Below are positions 23,330-31,929 of a DNA stretch of 64,000 nucleotides, piece by piece. Position 1 is the stretch's first letter; each line of letters opens with the position of its first letter. Both the position numbers and the translations under genes were made by a program. The notes below the pieces were generated by a model. The model was given only the letters and a program-made list of their open reading frames with translations. It had not been told where the DNA came from and made no database searches. Origin of the DNA: Clostridia bacterium (GTDB taxonomy: Bacteria > Bacillota > Clostridia > Oscillospirales > CAG-272); the NCBI GenBank assembly GCA_017472695.1, contig JAFUOQ010000001.1, forward strand, positions 32,103-96,102, written 5' to 3'.

Positions 23330-23541
23330 TAAAAAAAGCCCTAATGCCCACAGGACATTAAGGGTGCATAGCACGGTTCCACCTTAAATTTAACTCAATT
23401 ACCCTTTAACGCAGGAATACGGCAAGGCTTTTTAACGCCCGCAGCTCGAAAGTGGTGTTCACATAATCCTTTGTTGTGGCTCACACCAACCGCCACCTCT
23501 CTGAAAACTAGGGAAAATGCTACTGTCTTTGTCATCGCTTT
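23330..23541 (-). promoter_or_regulatory. T-box leader (Thr specifier candidate ACC) with terminator
   Basis: The minus strand carries the conserved T-box sequence AAGGTGGAACCGTGCT (23371-23386). It overlaps the 5' arm of the terminator gcccttaatg/cattagggc + T7 (23331-23365). AGAGA stem-I element and GAACACCACTT specifier-loop candidate (ACC at 23454-23456). Confidence 0.85.
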
Positions 23542-23547
23542 TTAAAA

Positions 23548-23576
23548 ATTATAACACTTGAAAAAGAAAATGTCAA
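23548..23576 (-). promoter_or_regulatory. sigmaA-type promoter of the thrS T-box leader
   Basis: Minus strand TTGACA (23576-23571), 17-nt spacer, TATAAT (23553-23548). Confidence 0.65.
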
Positions 23577-23672
23577 TAGTTATTTTGAAAAGTAAATTGT
23601 TGACAACATAGTGCTTTCGTGATAAAATAAAAACAAGCGAAAATGCTTGAAAATAATGAAGGAGAGAGGGAA

Positions 23673-24107
23673 ATGCACAAAAAATACTATGCCATTATTA
23701 TTCTTGCACATCTTATAGTTCCAATATCCCTGCTTTTCCCTATTTTAAGGGTTAATGAAATACGTCTTGGGCTCTCGGGAGGAACTACAACAAGTGAGCA
23801 TTATATGAATATTATTGAGTATATCGCTAGCGATATATACACCATAACAGGAATACTCATTTTATTCCTTGCGTTGATTCAGCTTGCAGGAGTTGGAATT
23901 GCCGTTGTTGGTCTTGTTGAAAAAAGTGTTAGAAGCATTCTTGTAAGACTGTCATTTATCTCAAGCTTCTCGTGCGCAATACTTGCCGCACTTCAAATCT
24001 ATTCAGGCTCACGTATACTATTTATTATATGCGCAGTTTCATTTGTCACAATCGCATTTTCTTCAATCAGACTCATGAAAATTGAAGAAAAATCTGACCA
24101 ATCATAA
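23673..24107 (+). CDS. small polytopic membrane protein, unknown function
   Basis: 144 aa with four hydrophobic helices. A GGAGAGAGGG RBS precedes ATG 23673, and a TTGACA-17-TAAAAT promoter lies at 23600-23628. No recognisable motif. Confidence 0.5.
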   Translation: MHKKYYAIIILAHLIVPISLLFPILRVNEIRLGLSGGTTTSEHYMNIIEYIASDIYTITGILILFLALIQLAGVGIAVVGLVEKSVRSILVRLSFISSFSCAILAALQIYSGSRILFIICAVSFVTIAFSSIRLMKIEEKSDQS

Positions 24108-24140
24108 CCACTCGTTTGTGACGGGTGGTTATGATTTTTT
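24101..24140. terminator. shared hairpin terminator between convergent genes
   Basis: atcataaccac-cg / cg-gtggttatgat 13-bp stem followed by TTTTTT on the plus strand. It covers both stop codons. Confidence 0.7.
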
Positions 24141-24996
24141 ATATTCCAAGTAAATTGAGTACGATTCCTGACACAACGGCAATAGCGTAAAGCCAGATAA
24201 CTATACGGAGGTTTTCCTTTTTTACAGGGTTAGCTTTGAAAAGGATAGCAAGACCGACGCCTGCACCTGAGCAAAGACCTGCAACCGCTGAGCCAAAGGA
24301 GAGAGCACCCTCGCAATATAGCTCGGTAATTGCTGCAGACACCGCACAGTTAGGAACAAGTCCCACAAGGGCGGTAATAAATGGCTGGAAGAAGCTACCG
24401 CTTAAAAGAATAGAGTGGATAAAATCCTCGCCTAAAATTGATGCAATGTTAAAGAGCACAAGGTTTACAATAAATACAAAAATTCCAACCTTTAATGTGT
24501 GCTTAAGTGCTGGCTTAAAAATGCCCTCGTCCTCCTCACAGCCACAGTCGCAACACATATCAACTGGCACCTTTTGGATTTTTCTCTTCTTATTAATAAA
24601 GTCAACTAAAAATCCTGCCAGAACACCAATTATTAGCTTTGCTAAAACAAGCTTGCCAATAATGTCGAACGAGGAGAGAGAGGAGAATAGAAGCACAAGC
24701 GCCTCGTCAGAGGTAGAAAGAAATACCGCAATCAAAGTGCCCTCTGTAATGATTCCTGCCGCGTATAGGTTTGCGCTCGCACCTGAAAAGCCACATTGTG
24801 GCACGCAACCGAGAAGTGAGCCAACCAAAGGCCCGGCACGTCCAATCTTGCCAAGCACTGTTTCCATTTTTTTAGATGCCTTTTTCTCAAGTAGCTCCAT
24901 CAAAAGATAAGCGAAAAAGAGAAGTGGCAATATTTTTAAAGTATCAATTACAGGCTCGCCAAAAACGCTGGCAATAGCCTCAAATAGCTCTTTCAT
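24139..24996 (-). CDS. polytopic permease with cytoplasmic Cys-rich loop (putative metal/metalloid exporter, DUF2899/ArsP_2-like)
   Basis: 285 aa with ~8-10 TM helices and a central loop VDMCCDCGCEEDEG. Family assignment is from memory only. Confidence 0.5.
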   Translation of the reverse strand: MKELFEAIASVFGEPVIDTLKILPLLFFAYLLMELLEKKASKKMETVLGKIGRAGPLVGSLLGCVPQCGFSGASANLYAAGIITEGTLIAVFLSTSDEALVLLFSSLSSFDIIGKLVLAKLIIGVLAGFLVDFINKKRKIQKVPVDMCCDCGCEEDEGIFKPALKHTLKVGIFVFIVNLVLFNIASILGEDFIHSILLSGSFFQPFITALVGLVPNCAVSAAITELYCEGALSFGSAVAGLCSGAGVGLAILFKANPVKKENLRIVIWLYAIAVVSGIVLNLLGI

Positions 24997-25017
24997 ATTT
25001 TTTCCTTTTCAAATTCA

Positions 25018-25045
25018 TTCTCAATTTGAGAACCGTTCTCAAATT
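25018..25045. promoter_or_regulatory. three alternating TTGAGAA half-sites (23-bp perfect palindrome plus overlapping 15-bp palindrome)
   Basis: aatttgagaac-c-gttctcaaatt (25023-25045) and ttctcaa-t-ttgagaa (25018-25032). Both lie between the minus-strand promoter and the permease start. Confidence 0.55.
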
Positions 25046-25053
25046 ATAGACGT

Positions 25054-25082
25054 ATTATACATTAAACAAATCATTTTGTCAA
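25054..25082 (-). promoter_or_regulatory. sigmaA-type promoter of the permease gene
   Basis: Minus strand TTGACA (25082-25077), 17-nt spacer, TATAAT (25059-25054). Confidence 0.6.
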
Positions 25083-25125
25083 TAATATTTGTAAAAATAA
25101 AGAAGAAAATATTTGTCGAAAGTAC

Positions 25126-25154
25126 TTGAAATGATGTAGCTGTTGTGATAATAT
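25126..25154 (+). promoter_or_regulatory. promoter upstream of the THF riboswitch
   Basis: TTGAAA, 17-nt spacer, TAATAT. Confidence 0.5.
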
Positions 25155-25181
25155 AAAAATGTGTTATTTAACACGGAATTT

Positions 25182-25276
25182 ACAGAGTAAATGTGCGAGC
25201 GTTAAGTGTTTAGAGGACGGGGAGTTGCCTTTAAAACGAAAACCTTTGTTGCGGTTCGCATATTGCATCCCGCTGT
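25182..25276 (+). promoter_or_regulatory. THF (tetrahydrofolate, folT-motif) riboswitch
   Basis: ACAGAGTAAATGTGCGAGCGTTAAGTG ... GTTGCGGTTCGCATATTGCATCCCGCTGT. The closing helix acagag/c-gctgt and the conserved CGTTAAGTG and TTGCATCC segments match the THF-I core as I remember it. It sits directly upstream of folT-folC. Confidence 0.82.
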
Positions 25277-25347
25277 GGGCAAGCGTGCTTGCCTTAATAA
25301 CTCGATGCTAAATCTGTACTTTCTTATTTTAAGGAGGTGCTTTTTTT

Positions 25348-25926
25348 ATGCAAAAAAACAAAAAAAGAGAAAGAGTTATTTTCTCAACCAAAGGAATTGT
25401 GTTTATGGCTTTGATGATAGCCTCATCTATCGTTTTAGGCAAGCTACTGGCTATAAACATAACAACAATGATAAGAATCAGTCTGGAAAACTTACCGATT
25501 ATTCTGACCGCCATAGCTCTAGGGCCCATAGCTGGTGGTGTTGTCGCGCTTGTTGCCGATATACTTGGCTGTATAATTGTAGGGTATGAAATAAACCCCA
25601 TAGTTACCCTAGGTGCAATTACGCTTGGCGTGATTTGTGGTATTATCTGTAAGCAACGCACTCTTTCAAAAAAATGGACAATGAAGCTAATTATAGCCGT
25701 AGGGGCAGCTCATTTTTTCGGCTCGGTGCTTATAAAAACACTAGGACTCTCTAGCTTCTATCTTTCAAATTATGATATGGGCTTTATGACTCTGCTTTTG
25801 ATAAGACTATGTGTTTATATTGCAACAGCTACAATAGAAATATGCATAGTTTCCTTATTGCTACGCAACAAGGGAATAAGGAAACGACTCTTAAATGTTA
25901 AACGAGGAAACGATGATGAATTATAA
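25348..25926 (+). CDS. folT: folate-family ECF transporter S component
   Basis: 192-aa six-helix membrane protein, downstream of the THF riboswitch and overlapping folC. Confidence 0.75.
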   Translation: MQKNKKRERVIFSTKGIVFMALMIASSIVLGKLLAINITTMIRISLENLPIILTAIALGPIAGGVVALVADILGCIIVGYEINPIVTLGAITLGVICGIICKQRTLSKKWTMKLIIAVGAAHFFGSVLIKTLGLSSFYLSNYDMGFMTLLLIRLCVYIATATIEICIVSLLLRNKGIRKRLLNVKRGNDDEL

Positions 25927-27196
25927 CGAGGCACTCAACTATATTCATTCGATAAGCTGGACCTTTTGTAAGCCTGGGCTTGAAAGAACACAGGAGCTTT
26001 GCCAAGGGCTTGGCAACCCACAAAACAATTTAAAATTTATACATGTCGCAGGCACAAATGGTAAGGGCTCTTACTGTTCAATGCTTGCAAGCGTGCTCAA
26101 GGAGGCGGGATATAAGGTCGGACTTTATACCTCGCCTTATATAACCTTTTTCAATGAGAGAATGGCGATAAATGGTGAGCCAATCTCAAATGACGAGCTT
26201 GTTGCAGTTACCGAAAGAGTAAAGATGGTGGCTGATAATATGATGGACAAGCCAACAGAATTTGAGCTTGTTACTGCTATCGCATTTGAATACTTTAATC
26301 GCAACAAATGTGACTATGTGGTTCTTGAATGTGGCTTGGGTGGCAGACTGGATTCAACAAATATAATAAAAACCCCAGTCCTTTCAGTAATTACAGGAAT
26401 TTCACTTGACCATACATCTATTCTTGGAAACACAGTGGAGGAAATAGCCCGTGAAAAGGCGGGCATAATAAAGGAAGGAGTTCCTGTACTGTGGTGTGGA
26501 GAGGATGAAAATGCTACTAAAGAGATTGAAGATGTGGCAAAGAACAGACACTCCCCCGTGAATTTTCCTAACCATAATGAAATTATAATTAAGAAAATGA
26601 CGTTTGAAGGCACAACCTTTGATTATAAAGCATATAAGGATATAATTATCAAGCTTTTAGGTGCATATCAGCCTAAAAATTGTGCAAATGTTCTTGAAAG
26701 CATCGACATATTAAAAGCAAATGGCTTAAAAATCAGCCCAAAGAATGTAAAGATAGGTCTTGAAAAAGCGGTTTGGCACGCAAGATTTGAGCGAGTTTTT
26801 GACTCTCCGCTTGTAATATTTGATGGCGCACACAACCCCGAGGGAATTTTAGCTAGCACACAAAGTATAGAACAATATTTTAGAAATGAAAGGGTAAATG
26901 TTTTAACAGGCGTTATGGCGGATAAGGACTACACCTATATAGCGAATTGCATATCACAAATTGCTGATAAGGTATACTGCATAACACCAGACAATCCTCG
27001 CGCTCTGGATGCCAAAAGATATAGTGAGGTTTATAAGTCACTAGGCGTTAACACTGAACCATTTGAAAATGTAAAAAGTGCGGTAGAGTGTGCAATTTTT
27101 GAGTCTAAACGCGACAAAAAAGCACTTGTTTGTCTTGGCTCTCTTTATATGTATTCAGAGGTCACTTCTGTACTTTTTGAGTACAAAAATAACTGA
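25913..27196 (+). CDS. folC: folylpolyglutamate synthase / dihydrofolate synthase
   Basis: Mur-ligase P-loop HVAGTNGKGS, with N-terminus MMNYNEALNYIHS. ATG 25913 follows a GAGGA RBS. Confidence 0.9.
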   Translation: MMNYNEALNYIHSISWTFCKPGLERTQELCQGLGNPQNNLKFIHVAGTNGKGSYCSMLASVLKEAGYKVGLYTSPYITFFNERMAINGEPISNDELVAVTERVKMVADNMMDKPTEFELVTAIAFEYFNRNKCDYVVLECGLGGRLDSTNIIKTPVLSVITGISLDHTSILGNTVEEIAREKAGIIKEGVPVLWCGEDENATKEIEDVAKNRHSPVNFPNHNEIIIKKMTFEGTTFDYKAYKDIIIKLLGAYQPKNCANVLESIDILKANGLKISPKNVKIGLEKAVWHARFERVFDSPLVIFDGAHNPEGILASTQSIEQYFRNERVNVLTGVMADKDYTYIANCISQIADKVYCITPDNPRALDAKRYSEVYKSLGVNTEPFENVKSAVECAIFESKRDKKALVCLGSLYMYSEVTSVLFEYKNN

Positions 27197-27238
27197 TTTT
27201 TCTAAATTCGACAGTTTTATGCAAATTTTTTGAATGAC

Positions 27239-27267
27239 TTGACATTGTAATTATATTATGTTACAAT
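27239..27267 (+). promoter_or_regulatory. promoter of the glycopolymer/NfeD-SPFH gene string
   Basis: TTGACA, 17-nt spacer, TACAAT. Confidence 0.55.
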
Positions 27268-27298
27268 ATTTTAAGAATATATATTTTAGGAGTATTCA

Positions 27299-28198
27299 AT
27301 GAATAATACAATGGAGACCTTAAACGATAAGTTTAGAAGCTACACAGCTAGAAAAAGAAATAGCTTTAAAATGAATGCCAACATTGTTCGCGAGCTTGTT
27401 AAAAAAAATGTAAAGGTTCAATATCGTAACTCTATTATTGGTGCGCTTTGGACTGTGCTTAATCCACTCCTTAATATGCTTGTTATGTGGTTTGTATTCA
27501 GCACATTCTTCGGCACGGGAGATGAGTGGTATGCACTTTATATTCTTTGCGGTAACATAATATTTTCATTTATGAGAGGTGCAACCGTTCAATCGTTGCC
27601 ATCAATTGTTTATAACAGAGGACTTTTGACCAAAAACAAAATTTCGCAATTTGTTTTCCCGGTGTCCTGCAATTTAGGCGCAGTTGTTAACTTTGCGTTT
27701 TCATCGGTTGCCCTTGTTGGAGTTATGGTCGTTACATCTATCGCTAATCACGAAAGTGCATTTGGCCCTAGCTTGTTCTTGGTTGTTTTAATGCTTCCAG
27801 CATTATTCTTATTTAGCTATGGACTTTCCTTAATTTTGACAGCTATGTATGTATTCTTTAGAGATGTACAGCATTTTTACAATGTTTTCCTAACACTTTG
27901 GACATATTTAACTCCACTATTTTGGAAGAAAAATGCCATTCTTGAAAAAGCAAAGGCACAGGACGGAACAGAGGGCTTCTTATATCACGCTCTCGAATTT
28001 GTAATCAACGCCAACCCAATGTATCACTTTGTTGATTATTTTAGAGAAATTACTTATAGCGCAACAGTTAATGGCTGGTCACTTGATTTTTATGGCTTTC
28101 CAAAGCTTGGAATTCTATACTTGATTGGACTTGCATTCTTTGGTATAGGCACGCTTGTTTTCTCACTCACAAGAAAAAATTTCATCTATAACATTTAA
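27299..28198 (+). CDS. ABC-2 type polysaccharide/teichoic-acid export permease (TagG/Wzm-like)
   Basis: 299 aa with six TM helices. The ABC-2 N-terminal region includes VKVQYRNSIIGALWTVLNPLL. Confidence 0.8.
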   Translation: MNNTMETLNDKFRSYTARKRNSFKMNANIVRELVKKNVKVQYRNSIIGALWTVLNPLLNMLVMWFVFSTFFGTGDEWYALYILCGNIIFSFMRGATVQSLPSIVYNRGLLTKNKISQFVFPVSCNLGAVVNFAFSSVALVGVMVVTSIANHESAFGPSLFLVVLMLPALFLFSYGLSLILTAMYVFFRDVQHFYNVFLTLWTYLTPLFWKKNAILEKAKAQDGTEGFLYHALEFVINANPMYHFVDYFREITYSATVNGWSLDFYGFPKLGILYLIGLAFFGIGTLVFSLTRKNFIYNI

Positions 28199-29028
28199 TG
28201 GTGGTGCTAATGGAACAAAAAAATATAAACGAAGAGGTAAAAAACAAGGAAATCATTGAAAATAATGAATCTGCCGTGCAAGAGGAGGATTACATTATTG
28301 AGGTTGATAATGTTTCTCTTGATTTTTACACTCGTGATGAAAAAATAGATAATCTAAAGGAATTTTTCATAAGATTAATTAAGGGCAAGACTGAACGCAA
28401 GGCAGTACGTATTCTAAATAATATTTCCTTTAAGGTTAAAAGAGGCGAATCAATCGCTATCATTGGACATAATGGTGCAGGTAAGAGCACAATGCTAAAG
28501 CTTATTGCCGATATTTATCGTCCAACAAAGGGCACTGTTAAGGTTAAGGGTAAGGTTGCCCCACTTCTAAACCTCGGTGCAGGCTTTGACCAAGAGTCAA
28601 GCGCAAAGGAAAATGTGTATCTGAATGGCGCTATTCTTGGTTATTCAAGAAAGGAAATTGCAAAAAAATACGAGGAAATTGTCGAATTTGCAGAGCTAAA
28701 GGAGCATATGCACATTCCAATTAAGAATTTTTCATCGGGAATGGTGGCAAGGCTCGGCTTTGCAATAGCTATTGATGTTAACCCAGATATTTTGCTAGTT
28801 GACGAAATCCTTTCTGTTGGTGACGAGAACTTCCGTAACAAATGCGCGCGCAAGGTTAAGGAATTGCGCGATCAAGGAGTTACCTTTGTTATAGTTTCAC
28901 ATAATATGCCACAGGTTAGATCCCTTTGCCAAAAGGCAGTGTGGATTGAAAATTCCGAGGTTATGGCATATGGTGAGGTAAACGAGGTTTGCGACCAATA
29001 CATCAAATACTGTAATAATAAAAAGTAG
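28198..29028 (+). CDS. polysaccharide/teichoic-acid export ABC ATPase (TagH/Wzt-like)
   Basis: Walker A GHNGAGKST, signature FSSGMVARLGFA, Walker B ILLVDE. The start overlaps the permease stop. Confidence 0.85.
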   Translation: MVVLMEQKNINEEVKNKEIIENNESAVQEEDYIIEVDNVSLDFYTRDEKIDNLKEFFIRLIKGKTERKAVRILNNISFKVKRGESIAIIGHNGAGKSTMLKLIADIYRPTKGTVKVKGKVAPLLNLGAGFDQESSAKENVYLNGAILGYSRKEIAKKYEEIVEFAELKEHMHIPIKNFSSGMVARLGFAIAIDVNPDILLVDEILSVGDENFRNKCARKVKELRDQGVTFVIVSHNMPQVRSLCQKAVWIENSEVMAYGEVNEVCDQYIKYCNNKK

Positions 29029-29060
29029 TAAATTCGCAAATGAATGTAAAGGAGGATAAA

Positions 29061-30437
29061 ATGGGACAGCAGCAAAAAACATTAGCGCACGTATTTAGTG
29101 CCTTCTGCGACTTTTTAATTAATCTTGCATCTATTTTAACCGCCTTTGTTATCGTTAAGCAATTCTCCACAGAGCTTGATAGTGTTGGAGGGACGGCTGT
29201 TGCAATATCTTGTGTTGTCGCAATTTTGACAGTAGCTATTTATTTTATTCTCGACCTTTACTCATCAAAGGTGTTTATAAAATTGCATATTCAAATACTT
29301 AAAATCACAATAGCACAAGCATTGATTTTTGCAGTCGTCTTTGTTGCGTGCGCTATATTTTTGCAAAAAAATGATTACTATTTTGTTGTTCTAATTAGCA
29401 CCGCGATTTCTTATCTCGTTATAGTTATAAAAAAGATCATCACTATCAAATTTATTCACTATTTGAGAATTGCCAAGATAAGAGAAAAAAGAGTAATTAT
29501 TGTTGGCTCAAGTCCTGCGGGTGAGGAGTACGAGATACAGCTTAACGAAAATAAGCACTATGGTTATTCCGTTATTGGTTATGTTGCAGGGCCTAAAAAA
29601 ACAGTAAAAAATAAGCTAGGTACATACTCACAGCTTGATAAAATTATAAGAGAACAGCATCCACACGAGGTTGTTATTGCACTTGAAACGAGAGAAATGC
29701 ACAATTTACAGCATATTATCGAAATCTGTGATAGGAACGGCACAAGAGCAGTAATTATTCCTTCACTTTATAAATACTTTAAGTCGAAATGCCAGGTTGA
29801 TATGATAGGAAATATGCCTATTATTAATACAAGAGCGATTCCACTTGATAGCGCAGTAAACGCAGCTATGAAGCGTGCACTTGATATTGTTGTTTCACTC
29901 GTTATGATAATTTTGACATCTCCTATTATGATATTTGCGTTCATAGGTGTTAGACTTTCTTCAAAAGGGCCTGTCATTTTCAAGCAAAGAAGAGTTGGTA
30001 GAAACAATGAGGAATTTACAATGTATAAATTCCGTTCTATGCGTGTGAATGAAATGTCAGATACTGCGTGGACTACAAATGAGGATAAAAGAAAAACTCG
30101 CTTTGGCACATTTTTAAGAAAAACAGGAATTGACGAATTGCCTCAGCTCTTTAATGTTTTGTTTGGTACAATGTCAATAGTTGGCCCAAGACCGGAGCTT
30201 CCTAAATTTGTTGAGGAATACTCGAAAACAATTCCACTTTATAAGGTTAAGCATCAGGTAAAGCCAGGAATTACAGGACTTGCACAGATTTACGGTTATA
30301 GAGGTAACACCTCAATTGAAAGAAGGATCGAGCTTGATATTAAGTATATCGAGAGCTGGTCAATTTATAGCGATATCAAAATAATTTTGATTACCCCATT
30401 TAAAATGTTTAATAGAAACGAAAAATACGTGAAATGA
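29061..30437 (+). CDS. undecaprenyl-phosphate sugar phosphotransferase (WbaP/EpsL-type priming enzyme)
   Basis: N-terminal TM bundle, central Rossmann-like domain, and C-terminal bacterial sugar transferase motifs KFRSM, DELPQL, GPRP. ATG 29061 follows AAGGAGGA. Confidence 0.85.
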   Translation: MGQQQKTLAHVFSAFCDFLINLASILTAFVIVKQFSTELDSVGGTAVAISCVVAILTVAIYFILDLYSSKVFIKLHIQILKITIAQALIFAVVFVACAIFLQKNDYYFVVLISTAISYLVIVIKKIITIKFIHYLRIAKIREKRVIIVGSSPAGEEYEIQLNENKHYGYSVIGYVAGPKKTVKNKLGTYSQLDKIIREQHPHEVVIALETREMHNLQHIIEICDRNGTRAVIIPSLYKYFKSKCQVDMIGNMPIINTRAIPLDSAVNAAMKRALDIVVSLVMIILTSPIMIFAFIGVRLSSKGPVIFKQRRVGRNNEEFTMYKFRSMRVNEMSDTAWTTNEDKRKTRFGTFLRKTGIDELPQLFNVLFGTMSIVGPRPELPKFVEEYSKTIPLYKVKHQVKPGITGLAQIYGYRGNTSIERRIELDIKYIESWSIYSDIKIILITPFKMFNRNEKYVK

Positions 30438-31471
30438 AAATACTTATTGCCGCATCAAATATGGTGCATATAAATAATTTTCACCGATCATACATAAATG
30501 AATTTAGGGAAGCGGGACACGACGTTTATATTATGGCAAGTGGAGAGGGAGCAGATTTTAATATTCCCTTCAAAAAGCGTTCGCTTTCCATAAAGAATTT
30601 ACGTCTGTCGTCGAAAATAAAAAAAATTATAAAAAAAGAACAATTCGATGTTGTTTACTTACATACAACACTTGCTGCATTTTGGATTAGATTTGCACTC
30701 AAAGGGATAAAGAAAAGACCAATCGTAGTAAATACAGTTCATGGTTACCTTTTTGGCAAGGGCTTTTCCTCGTTACATAACAAAATTTACCTTTCTTGCG
30801 AAAAGATGATGAGAAATATTACTGACCATATAGTTGTTATGAACGATGAGGACTTTAAAATAGCCAAGGATAATAGCCTTTCATTGGGTGAAATTTATAG
30901 AATTAATGGTATGGGAATTGACTTTTCAAAGAAGAATATTGAAAGGGCTAGTCCCCAATATCCACCAAAAAACCTTATTTATGTTGGAGAACTCAATAAA
31001 AGAAAAAATCAAATTTTCCTTGTCAAGGCAATGAAAAGACTACCTGATATGCACCTTACATTAGTTGGTGATGGCAAGGAGAGAAAAGCTATTGAAAAGT
31101 ATATAAAGAAAGAAAGGCTAGAGGAGCGCGTTAAGATAACAGGCTTTACCAAAAACGTTGGTGAATACCTGAAAAATGCAGACCTTTATGTGTCGGCTTC
31201 TACAATAGAAGGCTTACCCTTTAATATCCTTGAGGCTATGCAGGCAGGCTTGCCTGTGGTGGCATCTAATATAAAGGGACAAAACGACATTTTGCCAAAT
31301 GAATCACTTTATGAGCTATCAAGCATAGACTCATATGTGAGTCTTGTCAATTCTAAATTGAAGGCAGACTATGACCTTTCAAAATACACATCTTCGGTAG
31401 CTTTACGCGAAAATATGGATATTTACAGCTTGTGCACAGGTAATCTTGTGTATGCTGAAAAACAAATATAA
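30434..31471 (+). CDS. GT4-family (GT-B) glycosyltransferase
   Basis: C-terminal EGLPFNILEAMQAGLPVVAS motif. The start overlaps the upstream stop (ATGA). Confidence 0.8.
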   Translation: MKILIAASNMVHINNFHRSYINEFREAGHDVYIMASGEGADFNIPFKKRSLSIKNLRLSSKIKKIIKKEQFDVVYLHTTLAAFWIRFALKGIKKRPIVVNTVHGYLFGKGFSSLHNKIYLSCEKMMRNITDHIVVMNDEDFKIAKDNSLSLGEIYRINGMGIDFSKKNIERASPQYPPKNLIYVGELNKRKNQIFLVKAMKRLPDMHLTLVGDGKERKAIEKYIKKERLEERVKITGFTKNVGEYLKNADLYVSASTIEGLPFNILEAMQAGLPVVASNIKGQNDILPNESLYELSSIDSYVSLVNSKLKADYDLSKYTSSVALRENMDIYSLCTGNLVYAEKQI

Positions 31472-31485
31472 TCAAGGAGGCTAAT

Positions 31486-31926
31486 ATGGAATGGTTTTGG
31501 ATCTCTTTGACAATAGGACTTATCGTTCTTGAATTGGCAACTGTACAGCTCGTTTCTGTATGGTTTGCGCTTTCTGCAATGGTAACGACTATATTGACCG
31601 CGATTTTTGACGGCTTGACAATTCCTTGGCAGGCGACGATATTTGTTGTTTTATCGGTAATTCTATTACTTGCAACTCGTCCGCTTGTTAAGTTGCTACT
31701 TAAAAAAAGGAACGAAAAGCACGCAACAAATCTTGAGCTTTACATAGGTCACGATGCTGTGGTTATTGAGGATATTGATAACCTAAATGGTGTTGGTGCT
31801 ATTAAAATCAACGGTATGATATGGAGCGCAAGGTCAAAGGACGAAAGTAATATTTCAAAGGATGAAATAGTAATTTTTAAAGAAATCAACGGTAATAAAG
31901 CAATCGTTGAAAGAAAAGGAGAATAA
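31486..31926 (+). CDS. NfeD-family membrane protein
   Basis: 146 aa with three TM helices and a C-terminal OB-like soluble domain. It lies immediately upstream of an SPFH gene, the canonical pairing. Confidence 0.75.
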   Translation: MEWFWISLTIGLIVLELATVQLVSVWFALSAMVTTILTAIFDGLTIPWQATIFVVLSVILLLATRPLVKLLLKKRNEKHATNLELYIGHDAVVIEDIDNLNGVGAIKINGMIWSARSKDESNISKDEIVIFKEINGNKAIVERKGE

Positions 31927-31929
31927 ATT

